From: the human T2T-CHM13v2.0 reference genome, Homo sapiens | NCBI RefSeq assembly: GCF_009914755.1 | Contig: NC_060925.1 | Length of the DNA stretch: 64,000 nucleotides | Strand: one strand, 5' to 3' | Shown: piece by piece, positions 63,471-64,000 of the stretch | Layout of the letters: each line of letters opens with the position of its first letter | Position numbering within the stretch: the first letter of the stretch is position 1 | Notes under the pieces: generated by a model | Databases searched by the model: none | What the model saw: the letters and a program-made list of their open reading frames with translations, nothing else | Told to the model about the DNA's origin: nothing | Made by a program: the position numbers and the translations under genes

Positions 63471-64000
63471 CAGAGGTCAACCAACAGAACAAAAAGAAAA
63501 ATCTATTTTGCCCACTGGGTTTGGCCAAGTGAGGGCCCCCTCCCATGGGATAGCACCCCTGTGACTGTTTTTCAGGCAGTGTTCTTTATGTTCACGTTCT
63601 AGCATGAAAGGGAGCTTGGGAAAAGGGGTGGGGGACGGGCATTGCCTTCGGGTCATCAGCTTACCCATTCCTTGTCTCTCAGCTCAGGATCACCATGAAA
63701 CCTCTTACCCCCACTCCCTGCAGTTGGATACTCTTCCCCAGGTGTGCCGTAAAATGTCCCTGCCTGCTGTACCCCTCTCTTAGGTGGAGACCTGGGTTCA
63801 GCCTCTGTCCCCAGGTGTCACTCACAGTGTCCCCTGCCCACATACACACACCTGTTCAGCTCCAGGGGCTGCAGGCTGCATAGGTCCTGGCCTCTGCTGG
63901 GGGAAGCATAAAACCGGTCCTCCTTTGCACCTTCCTTCTCCAGGCTTTAAAGGACATTTCCTCTGATTGTCTTCTGTTCTTGGCACCGTGGAAGGTGCTG

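Overview
Human (primate) genomic DNA that is almost entirely intronic. The only coding sequence I can support is one 192-nt internal exon on the + strand (20631-20822). It encodes the N-terminal coiled coil of kazrin (KAZN; recognised from the peptide VLLREEVSRLQEEVHLLRQMKEM...KEALQ). No other KAZN coding exon is visible. A GC/CpG-rich unique segment at about 5.3-5.9 kb looks like an internal promoter or alternative first exon. The rest is a dense mosaic of about 40 Alus, many MIR/L2 fragments, L1 fragments, MaLR/ERV solo LTRs, hAT DNA transposon relics and microsatellites. Repeat boundaries and subfamily calls are by eye and approximate. I found no new protein-coding system. The notable signals are structural: (1) an Alu plus about 95 bp of unique polyadenylated sequence inside one target-site duplication (TSD); (2) a three-part Alu-L1-Alu composite inside one TSD; (3) a near-identical non-retrotransposed copy of an old Alu arm with a stuttered junction; (4) a spacer-less head-to-head Alu fusion; (5) an Alu-internal 13-bp tandem repeat whose unit is the PRDM9 hotspot motif; (6) two old local duplications, one creating an intact pseudo-exon; (7) an ETS-motif minisatellite; (8) a symmetric stop-free exon bracketed by inverted Alus.
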